A DNA stretch of 64,000 bases from Promethearchaeota archaeon (lineage in GTDB: Archaea; Asgardarchaeota; Lokiarchaeia; Sigyniarchaeales; SOKP01): the NCBI GenBank assembly GCA_048940925.1, contig JBHLOC010000022.1, forward strand, positions 19,442 through 83,441. The letters run 5' to 3'. A program made the translations under genes and the position numbers. Numbering within the stretch: position 1 is the stretch's first letter; every line of letters begins with the position of its first letter. A model generated the notes under the pieces. That model was not told the DNA's origin. It saw nothing but the letters and a program-made list of their open reading frames with translations, and searched no databases. Below are positions 1-8,592 of this stretch, in pieces.

Positions 1-66
1 AGAATTTTGAAATCGATAAAAGGATCAATTTCATTTCATAAAAAAAGAGAAAAAAACTTAATATTT

Positions 67-1203
67 TTAATTGTTTCTTGGGGGCAGCATTCTTACCATT
101 CTCGGACCCTCAATAAGAGAAATAGCATTTTCAGGGCAATGATAAGCACACACTCCACATCCCACACAGATATCTTCATTTCTTACTGCTATATTGTCAT
201 CATTTAATTCGATGGCTTTATTGTAGCACAAATCTACACAGATGCCACACCCAACACACAAATCTTCATCAATACTAGATAAATAATTAGTAGCATTAAC
301 AACGGGGAAAATGAGACAGTCTTTAGCAGTTAAGCAACAACAACTACAACAATTACAAATCGCTACTTCTTCTTTGTTAGTATCACCATGTAGGTGGTAT
401 GCTTTATGAACCAATCCCGCATCTTCACATTTTTTTAGAACTTCAAGCGCTTCTTCTTTAGATACCAAGTTAGAAAACCCATGATTAGAAGTATGTCTTG
501 CAGATTTACCTAATGTCATACATGTTGGTATAAGTTCAATTTGTTTACATGGTTCTCCTAAAAATTCCTGGTGTTGTCGACAATAACAATGTCCTATAGC
601 AATATCATCATATTTTTCAATGAGTTCTCGTATCCGTTGAGTTGGTAAAATCTGTTCTGTTGGAACTTGGAGTTCTTTATTAACAATTACATTAATTTCT
701 TCACCGGTTACAAGATTTTCTAATATAGGGACTGTTCGATCTACTGGTCCCATCCTACTTAATGCTGCTCTCATTCCATCATAGTTAGATTGTACGTATT
801 CACTCGATTCTTCATTAAGTTTATAGAATAATTTAGCTAATTTGTAATTCTCCTCTGTTTTATCAAGTTTTTGCATGAAAATATATTCAAATTGTCGTCC
901 CATCATTAATAAACGATATACCATTACCCCATATCGGTTGGGCTGATTGAAAATAACCCCAGTTTTTGCTAGAGCATCTGTTTTTCTCAAGATTTCATCT
1001 TCAGATAAACCACTACTTTCTTTTAATTGTTCCATTGTTTGGGAGATATTTTTCTCAAAAGCCATCACAAGATCGAGATTTTCATCCTTAATGGTATACT
1101 TTAATATTTCATGCAGTGTTTCCGACCAACCATGATGAAAACCCCCCGCTTTAGCTAAAATATTAGCCGCTTTTCTATAATCTGCTTCACTCATTTTTAA
1201 CAT
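67..1203 (-). CDS. 4Fe-4S dicluster domain protein with N-terminal HTH-like region
   Basis: C-terminal CVGCGICVDLC and CVGCGVCAYHCP ferredoxin motifs; additional Cys clusters (CYCR, ICNCCSCCC). Confidence 0.8.
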   Translation of the reverse strand: MLKMSEADYRKAANILAKAGGFHHGWSETLHEILKYTIKDENLDLVMAFEKNISQTMEQLKESSGLSEDEILRKTDALAKTGVIFNQPNRYGVMVYRLLMMGRQFEYIFMQKLDKTEENYKLAKLFYKLNEESSEYVQSNYDGMRAALSRMGPVDRTVPILENLVTGEEINVIVNKELQVPTEQILPTQRIRELIEKYDDIAIGHCYCRQHQEFLGEPCKQIELIPTCMTLGKSARHTSNHGFSNLVSKEEALEVLKKCEDAGLVHKAYHLHGDTNKEEVAICNCCSCCCLTAKDCLIFPVVNATNYLSSIDEDLCVGCGICVDLCYNKAIELNDDNIAVRNEDICVGCGVCAYHCPENAISLIEGPRMVRMLPPRNN

Positions 1204-1421
1204 CTAAATTGATTAATTTATATCAGATAATTATTTTAGTATTTTATTGAAACACGAAATGTAAATAAAGTTTTATTATTTATCTTAATAGCTTTATTGC
1301 TTTTTCTTTTAATTCTAGGTAAAATGTATGGAGTTTTTTTGATCATCTTAAAATATTTATTCAATCTATATATTTCAACATTATATTATTTTGATTTTAC
1401 ACAAAAAAGAGAATATGAAAT

Positions 1422-2753
1422 ATGAAAGAAACAAAAGAAGTATATTTAGTAGACCATGTAAGGACACCATTTTCTCAAGCAAATCCTCTAGATCCCGACG
1501 ATGACGTTTTTAGTAAAAAGTGGGGTACCGAACTTGCAGCTCATGTTTTGAGGGATATGTTTGACACCCGAATACCAAGCAAAGGCAGTACACTCAAACG
1601 TGAGAACGTTAGTGAGGTTCTGGTTGGCGGTACTTTATTACAACATGAACATGGAACATTTGGGGGAAGAATGCCCGGATTTATGACAAAATTTCCCTTC
1701 CATGTACCTGCAACGGTATTCGATAAACAAGACTGTTCTGGTATGACAACTTTACATGTTGGATTTGGAAATATTGCATTGGGTTATTCTAATGTAGTAG
1801 TAACTATAGGTTTTGATCAATTTACTCGAGTGCCATTACACAATTATGATGGAAAAGTAAAAGTATTTGGAATTCCCCCAGATAAACTGATGCTTGATCC
1901 AGAGAATAAATGGTATAATGATGATTTATATGATTGGAAAACTAGTCGTCTATTATTTCAGGCAGCACAAAAACTTGCGGAGGAAGAAGCAGATCTATTT
2001 ACTAAAGATGAATTGGATAAATTTAGTGTACGAAGTCACAATCTAGCAGAAAAAGCTCAGGAAAATGGATATTTCAAAGAAGAAATTATGGGTATTAAAG
2101 GACATAAAGTAGGAGATCCTGATAATGAAATTGAGATCGAAAAAGATCAATCTATTAAAAAAGCAGCTACACTAGAAAATATTACTAATGCACCCTCTAT
2201 AAGCATTCCTGGATGGGCAGGTGGCTATAAAAATCCTATACTCACAAAAGATGAATATGTCGCGAAATTTGGGACAGATAAGGGTATTATAACAACGGGA
2301 AATAGCTCTCCTTTGTGTGATGGAGCGTCACTTTGTTTGCTAACATCTAAAGAAGCTCTTAAAGAATACAACCTAAAACCCATGTCTAAAGTAGTCTCGA
2401 TTGGTTTTGCAGGAGTAGATCCAACTGTACGTGGACGAGGGATAGTACCAGCAGCTCAAATGGCTTTAAAGCATGCAAATTTAAAAGCGGATGAAATAGA
2501 TTATTGGGAAATTAATGAATCCTTTAGTGTTGTTGCACTATATGCTGCTAATAAATTAGGAATTGATTGGGAAAATAAGATGAATATTCATGGGGGTGCA
2601 ATATCAATTGGTAATCCAGCATCTGCTACCAGCTTGAGGATTACGACAACATTAGCCAGAATACTAAAAGAGAAAAAGGCAAAATATGGACTTGCAGCTA
2701 TGTCGTGTGGTGGTGGTCAGGGAACAGCTGTGATAATTGAAAATTTAGATTAA
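1422..2753 (+). CDS. thiolase-family protein with substituted catalytic residues
   Basis: Thiolase motifs RTPF, RSH, GNSSP and EINESF are present, but the catalytic positions read D104, N398 and S428. Confidence 0.85.
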   Translation: MKETKEVYLVDHVRTPFSQANPLDPDDDVFSKKWGTELAAHVLRDMFDTRIPSKGSTLKRENVSEVLVGGTLLQHEHGTFGGRMPGFMTKFPFHVPATVFDKQDCSGMTTLHVGFGNIALGYSNVVVTIGFDQFTRVPLHNYDGKVKVFGIPPDKLMLDPENKWYNDDLYDWKTSRLLFQAAQKLAEEEADLFTKDELDKFSVRSHNLAEKAQENGYFKEEIMGIKGHKVGDPDNEIEIEKDQSIKKAATLENITNAPSISIPGWAGGYKNPILTKDEYVAKFGTDKGIITTGNSSPLCDGASLCLLTSKEALKEYNLKPMSKVVSIGFAGVDPTVRGRGIVPAAQMALKHANLKADEIDYWEINESFSVVALYAANKLGIDWENKMNIHGGAISIGNPASATSLRITTTLARILKEKKAKYGLAAMSCGGGQGTAVIIENLD

Positions 2754-2799
2754 TAAAATAAAATATGAGGTTAAAATAATAAAAAGAGGTATAAAAATT

Positions 2800-4104
2800 A
2801 TGAAAATAAGAGAAGTATACATTACAGATTATATTAGAACACCATTTTCAAGATCTCGACCAAGAGAACCACCAAGAGATGTTCTTGGAAATTTACGTCC
2901 CGATGTAATGACTGCTTTAACATTAACGGAAATGTTTGATAATCGATTAAAAGATAAAGTTAAACCCGAAGATGTAGATGAGTTTTATATTGGGGCTACT
3001 CATTTTAATAATGAGTATGTAACTTTTGGAGGAAGATATCCCATATTTTTAGCGAAATTTCCAGCAAAAGTATCATCTGTTGCATTAGATAGAGCTTGTG
3101 GCTCAGGAATGACAGCTGCTTCAGTAGGATATGATAATATTGCTTTGGGATATTCTGATGTTGTAATAGCTTCGGGGAAGAATAATGCTACTATGTCACG
3201 ATCAAGACCTCCGACGGTAAGAGAACCAAACCCTGCTATGTTGAAAGGACATGAATTTTTTGTTGATGATGTTGTTGACTTCCGTTGCGCATATTCAATG
3301 TTACAAACCGCACAAAAACTCCATGAAGTGAATGCAAACATATTTTCAAAAGAAGATAATGATAGATTTGCAGTTCGCAGTCATCAATTAGCCGCGAAAG
3401 CTCAAGAAGAAGGATTTTTCAAGGGGGAAATTGTCCCTATTATGGGACACATAGAAGGAGATGAGGATACTCCATTATTAATTGAACATGATACATCAGT
3501 AAGAAAAAATGCTACATATGAGGGCACAAAAGATTTAAGGGGATTAACCACCCCTGGATGGGCTGGTGGATACTATAATCCACTTTTAACTAAAGAAGAA
3601 TACATTGAAATATTTGGAACAGACCAAGGCTTAGTAACTGCGGGAAATTCATGTCCAACAAATGCAGGAGCAGCAACCTTATTGTTGATGTCAGAAGAAG
3701 CCATGAAGAAACATGATCTAGATCCATTAGTACGCATTGTTTCTATTGGATTTGGAGCGGTTGATCCTACTGTTATGGGAAGAGGTCCAGTTCCAGCATC
3801 CTGGATGGCATTAAAGCATGCAGGATTAACAACTGATGATATTGACCTTTTTGAAATCAATGAGGCATTTGCTATTGTAGCTCTAAACTGGATCCATGAG
3901 ATGGGATTAGATAGTCGAATTGATGATATAAACATTAAAGGTGGTGGCATTTCCATAGGTCATCCGATCGCAGCAACAGGTCCCAGAATAGTTGGTACAT
4001 TAGCAAGAATCTTAAAAGAGAAGAATGCTCAACTTGGCCTTGCTACGATGTGCTGTGGTGGAGGTCAAGGAACTGCTATGATACTTGAGAATACAGATGT
4101 TTAA
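2800..4104 (+). CDS. acetyl-CoA C-acyltransferase (thiolase)
   Basis: DRACGSG (C100), NEAF, GHP (H388) and CCGGGQG (C418) all intact. Confidence 0.92.
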   Translation: MKIREVYITDYIRTPFSRSRPREPPRDVLGNLRPDVMTALTLTEMFDNRLKDKVKPEDVDEFYIGATHFNNEYVTFGGRYPIFLAKFPAKVSSVALDRACGSGMTAASVGYDNIALGYSDVVIASGKNNATMSRSRPPTVREPNPAMLKGHEFFVDDVVDFRCAYSMLQTAQKLHEVNANIFSKEDNDRFAVRSHQLAAKAQEEGFFKGEIVPIMGHIEGDEDTPLLIEHDTSVRKNATYEGTKDLRGLTTPGWAGGYYNPLLTKEEYIEIFGTDQGLVTAGNSCPTNAGAATLLLMSEEAMKKHDLDPLVRIVSIGFGAVDPTVMGRGPVPASWMALKHAGLTTDDIDLFEINEAFAIVALNWIHEMGLDSRIDDINIKGGGISIGHPIAATGPRIVGTLARILKEKNAQLGLATMCCGGGQGTAMILENTDV

Positions 4105-4113
4105 AAATCATCA

Positions 4114-4156
4114 TTTTTTTTTTATAGAAGAAGTATTGAAATGTAAGGAAAAAAAA
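4114..4156. terminator. putative bidirectional oligo-T terminator between convergent genes
   Basis: T10 run on + after the thiolase stop and A8 run (T8 on -) after the Fe-S subunit stop; archaeal intrinsic terminators are U-rich. Confidence 0.35.
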
Positions 4157-4159
4157 GGT

Positions 4160-4744
4160 TTATAATCTATTTTTTGGTCTTGAGGGTATATAATAGACTA
4201 ATGGATTAGTACCTACTTCTGGTTTAAGTTGAAATAACCCATTTTTAGTTAATTTTTTTGATACAATACTATCAGGGTTATTTAAGTCTCCAAAAAATAA
4301 CGCCTGACCTTCACAACAAATTACACAGAAAGGTTCAAGTCCTTGATCAATCCTATGAGCACAAAAATTGCACTTTCGCGCAAGGTTACTCTCATCTTCA
4401 AATACAATGATATTATATGGACATGCTGCTAAACATAATTGACACCCAGTACATAGTTCTTGGTCTAATATAACAATCCCATCATTTCTTTTTTGCAGAG
4501 CTTCCTCAGGACAAGATTCAACGCAAGGTGGGTTCTCACAATGATTGCATAATTTAGGAAGGAAATCCAATGTCAAATTTGGAAAGCTTCCCCCGGGAGT
4601 ATCCTTCACATCACTACCTTGTGTTTCAACCTTTATCCAATAATCAGTTGTATTATTTTCAATTTTACATGCTATACTACATGCTTCACATCCGATACAT
4701 CTTTCTTGGTCAATAACCATTCCTAATTGTTTTACTTTACTCAT
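4160..4744 (-). CDS. molybdopterin oxidoreductase iron-sulfur subunit (DmsB/NrfC-like)
   Basis: CIGCEACSIAC, CNHCENPPCVESCP, CTGCQLCLAACP and KCNFC motifs; ATGA overlap with the catalytic subunit gene. Confidence 0.92.
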   Translation of the reverse strand: MSKVKQLGMVIDQERCIGCEACSIACKIENNTTDYWIKVETQGSDVKDTPGGSFPNLTLDFLPKLCNHCENPPCVESCPEEALQKRNDGIVILDQELCTGCQLCLAACPYNIIVFEDESNLARKCNFCAHRIDQGLEPFCVICCEGQALFFGDLNNPDSIVSKKLTKNGLFQLKPEVGTNPLVYYIPSRPKNRL

Positions 4745-7005
4745 TTAATTTCACCCTCACTTTTTATTATTTCAACAGCAACATCATTCATATGCATATT
4801 TGGTTCATAGACTTTATCCTGTACAGGATTAATAATGTCATGTGTTAAATGATTCAGACTTCCCTCTCTAAATTGCTCTATCCACCAACCTTCCGTAATA
4901 TCAACCACTCCAGGTTTAACACCTTCAGTTACTCTAGCTTTCAGTGTTGTTCGAGCTCTATCATTATAGACGGTAACCAAATCACCAGTTATTATATTTC
5001 GCTCAGTAGCATTAATTGGATGAATATCCACTATTGGCTCAGGATTTAAATCTAATAAAGATTGCACATTAGCAAACATAGAATGTGTACGAAAACGACT
5101 ATGACCATTAATAAGTGTCAAGGGGTATTTCCTTATACCTGGAGTTATCGGAGCTTCAATTGGAGGAAGATAAACGGGAAGAGCTTCTCCATCATCATAT
5201 AGCTGTTCTGTGTATAGTTCGATTTTTCTTGAAGGTGTATTAAAACTTAGAGGAAACTTTGCCCCTTCTGGAAGCTTCGGTAACCTCATAGCTTGGGTCT
5301 TCAGCGTGTCTCGAGTGATCCCTTCAAAGGTGCGTGTTGCCATAATAAGATCTATTAGTCCTTCTTCTCCACCTTTGAAATATTCTCCAAATCCAAGTCG
5401 TTCAGCAAGTTCAGCTACAATATTAACATCAGATTTAGATTCATATAAAGGTTCAATTATTTTTTGTTGGAATTGTACATAAGGATATGGTTGAGCTAGA
5501 AAATCTGAAAATTCTAAAAAACTACAAACAGGAAGAATTAAATCGGCATATCGAGCAGAAGGAGTCATGAATAATTCAGTTTGTACAATAAATTCTAATT
5601 TAGGATAGAATTCATTAATTATTTTATTAGAATTAGCACACTGATTTAAGAAGTTAATGAAAGCAAACCAGAGAGCCTTTATTGGGTAAGGCTTCCCAGA
5701 GATCACAGCATCATATAGGTTTAGGATTCCAAGTCTATGGAAGCTAGGTTTATCAGGGATGGCCTTAAGAAAAGGGTTCCAATTTAAAATTGCTGGTATA
5801 TATCCTGAACTTACTGATGTAGTTATATTACCAGTAATAGCAGCTACAGAAATCACTCCTCTTAAAGAGATATCTCCATGATATGTCCTTGTAAAACCCA
5901 TATGAGTTAAAAACACGACTTTTTTGGAGTTGCCAATTCTTTTAGCTAATTTAATTATAAGATTTTTATCAACTCCTGTAATTTCGGCAGTTCTTTCGGG
6001 AGTGTATTCAGATGTTAATTCAATCAATAATTGAAGTACTGGTTTACATTCAATTCTATTTATAGTGTAAGTTCCAGTAAGATTTGCATCTTTTACATTT
6101 GAACGAGTTAGTGTTTTATAAGAATTAGAAGGTTCATGCCATATAATATAAGCATCTGATTTTTTAGCATCAACGTCTTTTCCTCGTAACATTTTTCCAT
6201 TATCAGTTCTTACCAAATAAGGTCCATTTGTGTGTTCTAAAATGAATTTTTTATCATGTAATTCATTTTGAAATATAAAATTCATAACACCTAGCGCTAA
6301 AGCACTATCTGTTCCAGGATTTAGACCAATATAATCATCAGCTTTTGATGCTGTAACTGTGAAACGAGGATCTACTACAATAACTTGAGTTCCTTGTTCT
6401 TTAGCATCCATTATTTTTCTCATATTTTGTAAAGGCATGGATTCAGCGGGGTTTGTAGCCCATATCATTAACAATTCAGGGTATTTCCTCTGCCAAAATT
6501 CCCCATGCAAATGCATATAAGGAAATTGGTGTCCTAAAATTATTCTACTTCCACAGGGTAAGCCTGCATCTCCATACCCCCATGCGCTCACGCGTGTACT
6601 CTGAGTTAGACTAGCTAATCTCAAGTATGCTCCAAATTTGGTGGTACCAGCACCAGGCCCCCCTAATACCCATCCAATCGATTTCCATCCATATTTCTCA
6701 GATAGTTCTTTAAATTTAGAGACAATAATCTCATAAGCTTCATCCCATGATATTCGCTTAAATTTTCCCTCTCCACGTTCACCAACCCGTATCATAGGAT
6801 ATTTAATCCGATCTGGGTGATAAGTAATATCTAAACTAAGGAGACCACGTAAGCAAATTCTTTTTTCCTTTTCATCAGGGAACTCTGCAGGTTCTAACTT
6901 AACAATGCGATCTCCCTTTACATGAGCTAATATTCCACAGCAATCTATTCCACAATGAGCAGGACAAGCTGTCCTTATAATTTTAATATTTTCATTTTTT
7001 ACCAT
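4741..7005 (-). CDS. DMSO-reductase-family molybdopterin oxidoreductase catalytic subunit (no Tat signal)
   Basis: N-terminal CPAHCGIDC...CLRG Fe-S motif, RIKYPM, SWDEA, VDPRFT, YADLILP, C-terminal HS/HP cofactor-binding domain. Confidence 0.92.
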   Translation of the reverse strand: MVKNENIKIIRTACPAHCGIDCCGILAHVKGDRIVKLEPAEFPDEKEKRICLRGLLSLDITYHPDRIKYPMIRVGERGEGKFKRISWDEAYEIIVSKFKELSEKYGWKSIGWVLGGPGAGTTKFGAYLRLASLTQSTRVSAWGYGDAGLPCGSRIILGHQFPYMHLHGEFWQRKYPELLMIWATNPAESMPLQNMRKIMDAKEQGTQVIVVDPRFTVTASKADDYIGLNPGTDSALALGVMNFIFQNELHDKKFILEHTNGPYLVRTDNGKMLRGKDVDAKKSDAYIIWHEPSNSYKTLTRSNVKDANLTGTYTINRIECKPVLQLLIELTSEYTPERTAEITGVDKNLIIKLAKRIGNSKKVVFLTHMGFTRTYHGDISLRGVISVAAITGNITTSVSSGYIPAILNWNPFLKAIPDKPSFHRLGILNLYDAVISGKPYPIKALWFAFINFLNQCANSNKIINEFYPKLEFIVQTELFMTPSARYADLILPVCSFLEFSDFLAQPYPYVQFQQKIIEPLYESKSDVNIVAELAERLGFGEYFKGGEEGLIDLIMATRTFEGITRDTLKTQAMRLPKLPEGAKFPLSFNTPSRKIELYTEQLYDDGEALPVYLPPIEAPITPGIRKYPLTLINGHSRFRTHSMFANVQSLLDLNPEPIVDIHPINATERNIITGDLVTVYNDRARTTLKARVTEGVKPGVVDITEGWWIEQFREGSLNHLTHDIINPVQDKVYEPNMHMNDVAVEIIKSEGEIK

Positions 7006-7480
7006 CTTAAATCTCTAAAACCTAAGTTTTTCAATAAATACTTAAAAATATTAGTAAAGATAATGAAAAGATTATTATAATTATTATTAGAAAGATTAAA
7101 GAAAAGTAAAACTATACTCTTAGAACTTAGCTAAAAGAAAGGTTAAAATAATTTTGACTTCAGAGGAAATGAAATCTTTATTCCAAACGATTAAGATCAG
7201 AAATGGTTTACAAACTAAAAGAAAAATAGAAGTCATTCATAAAGGTTATTTTCTAGATTATACTCTCTAAATAAATACAGGACAAGTCAAATCATGAATT
7301 CATTTTTGGATTTCTAATTTTGATATTTAATATTTTACTCCAATTTATCTTTAAATATTCAGCTACTTATCACTTTTTATAGATTTTGATGATGAAAAAT
7401 ATTATAAATAAAAGAAAATTACAAAATCAAATTACGGTAGTAGGGATTAAAAAGTTTATAAAATTCAATGTGAGGAGAAC

Positions 7481-7702
7481 ATGACAATAGCTAAAGGTAA
7501 AATAACTAGTAAAAAGTCTGGTAATGGGGGGTATAAGAGTCTATGGATCTATATTCCAAGTAAAATTAGTAAAGATATTTCTTTTCCCTTTGAGGATAAT
7601 GAAGAAGTACTAGTAGAAATAGAAGATAGATCTTTAGTTATCAGTAAAAATGATGAAATTTCCAAAATTGTTAAAGATCAAGAGTCAAAGAGTAATACTT
7701 AG
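7481..7702 (+). CDS. AbrB/MazE/SpoVT-like small DNA-binding protein
   Basis: SLWIYIPSKI...PFEDNEEVLVEIEDRSLVISK swapped-hairpin pattern; GAGGAG SD upstream. Confidence 0.55.
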   Translation: MTIAKGKITSKKSGNGGYKSLWIYIPSKISKDISFPFEDNEEVLVEIEDRSLVISKNDEISKIVKDQESKSNT

Positions 7703-7843
7703 GATACTCAAAAACGAGATTTTGTGAAATGAAGTTATTATAACTTTTCGAATGTAAATAACCTTTTATTAATTCATTAAAATGAAAAGAATTTAAATTT
7801 ATAAAATACTTTTAAAAACTAACTTTAAAATTACACCTAAAAT

Positions 7844-8374
7844 GTGAGTTTTCGAAATATGGTTAGCGAACATACAACTGACCAAGAATATACTAAAGAA
7901 AAAGGGCATATCAAAATAGACTGGGGAAGACAAGGAGGAGTTATTGCAGCTTATATAGTTCTTCTCTTAGGTTATTATGGAATAATTGCAAATACAATGA
8001 TGTTTGATGAATATGGTCACTGGATACCTTTCACTGAAATGGATAGGACCATCCTCTTTTGGACATATACTACTTATTTACATAATTTCTTTTTACCTGC
8101 ACTTTTATTGTTTTTTGTATGTTTTATATTAACATATAAAGAAGATATTCCCCACTATGGAATTAAAGCTTCATTATGGGTAGTACCACTCATCATCGCT
8201 GAAGGATTCATCTTCTATACTGTGATGTTTGGCTTCACATCTGAACCTACATATCTCAAATTTGGTCGCATTGAAGGGTACCTTGATATCATTATTTTAT
8301 TCGGATTGGCGCTTTCTGGGGCAATAAGTGGTATGAAACTAAAACAGTATATTGAACAAAGAAGAGAAGTCTAA
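7844..8374 (+). CDS. hypothetical membrane protein (about 4 TM)
   Basis: Four hydrophobic segments in a 176-aa ORF; alternative ATG at 7859. Confidence 0.7.
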   Translation: MSFRNMVSEHTTDQEYTKEKGHIKIDWGRQGGVIAAYIVLLLGYYGIIANTMMFDEYGHWIPFTEMDRTILFWTYTTYLHNFFLPALLLFFVCFILTYKEDIPHYGIKASLWVVPLIIAEGFIFYTVMFGFTSEPTYLKFGRIEGYLDIIILFGLALSGAISGMKLKQYIEQRREV

Positions 8375-8592
8375 TTACATCTAGATCTTATATAAATTTT
8401 TGGTCATTCAGTTAATTTCAATAAAGAACTTTCATCTAATAATCAATTAGATACGATTTCATATATTTCTCTAAATTTCTGTTGACCACAATTGAAATAT
8501 ATATATTTAATGGAAATTCCATATTATTAATTAAAAAGGTAATAAAAATTAAAAAAAAATAATTTATTTAGAATTTTACTTAATGCCAAGTT

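Noticed and set aside
3000-3956. Antisense ORFs inside the thiolase, and similar short shadow ORFs across the window (e.g. 5210, 19093, 28634, 32150, 56540, 62443)
   Set aside because: Fully overlapped by well-supported genes, with no recognisable motifs.
4741-7005. Selenocysteine (TGA) readthrough in the Mo enzyme or other genes
   Set aside because: TGA-ending ORFs I checked are already full length for their families; no split ORF pointed to an in-frame TGA.
7140-7270. Short open frame (…MKSLFQTIKIRNGLQTKRKIEVIHKGYFLDYTL*) in the 7.0-7.5 kb spacer
   Set aside because: Too short and no recognisable homology; cannot tell a relic from chance.
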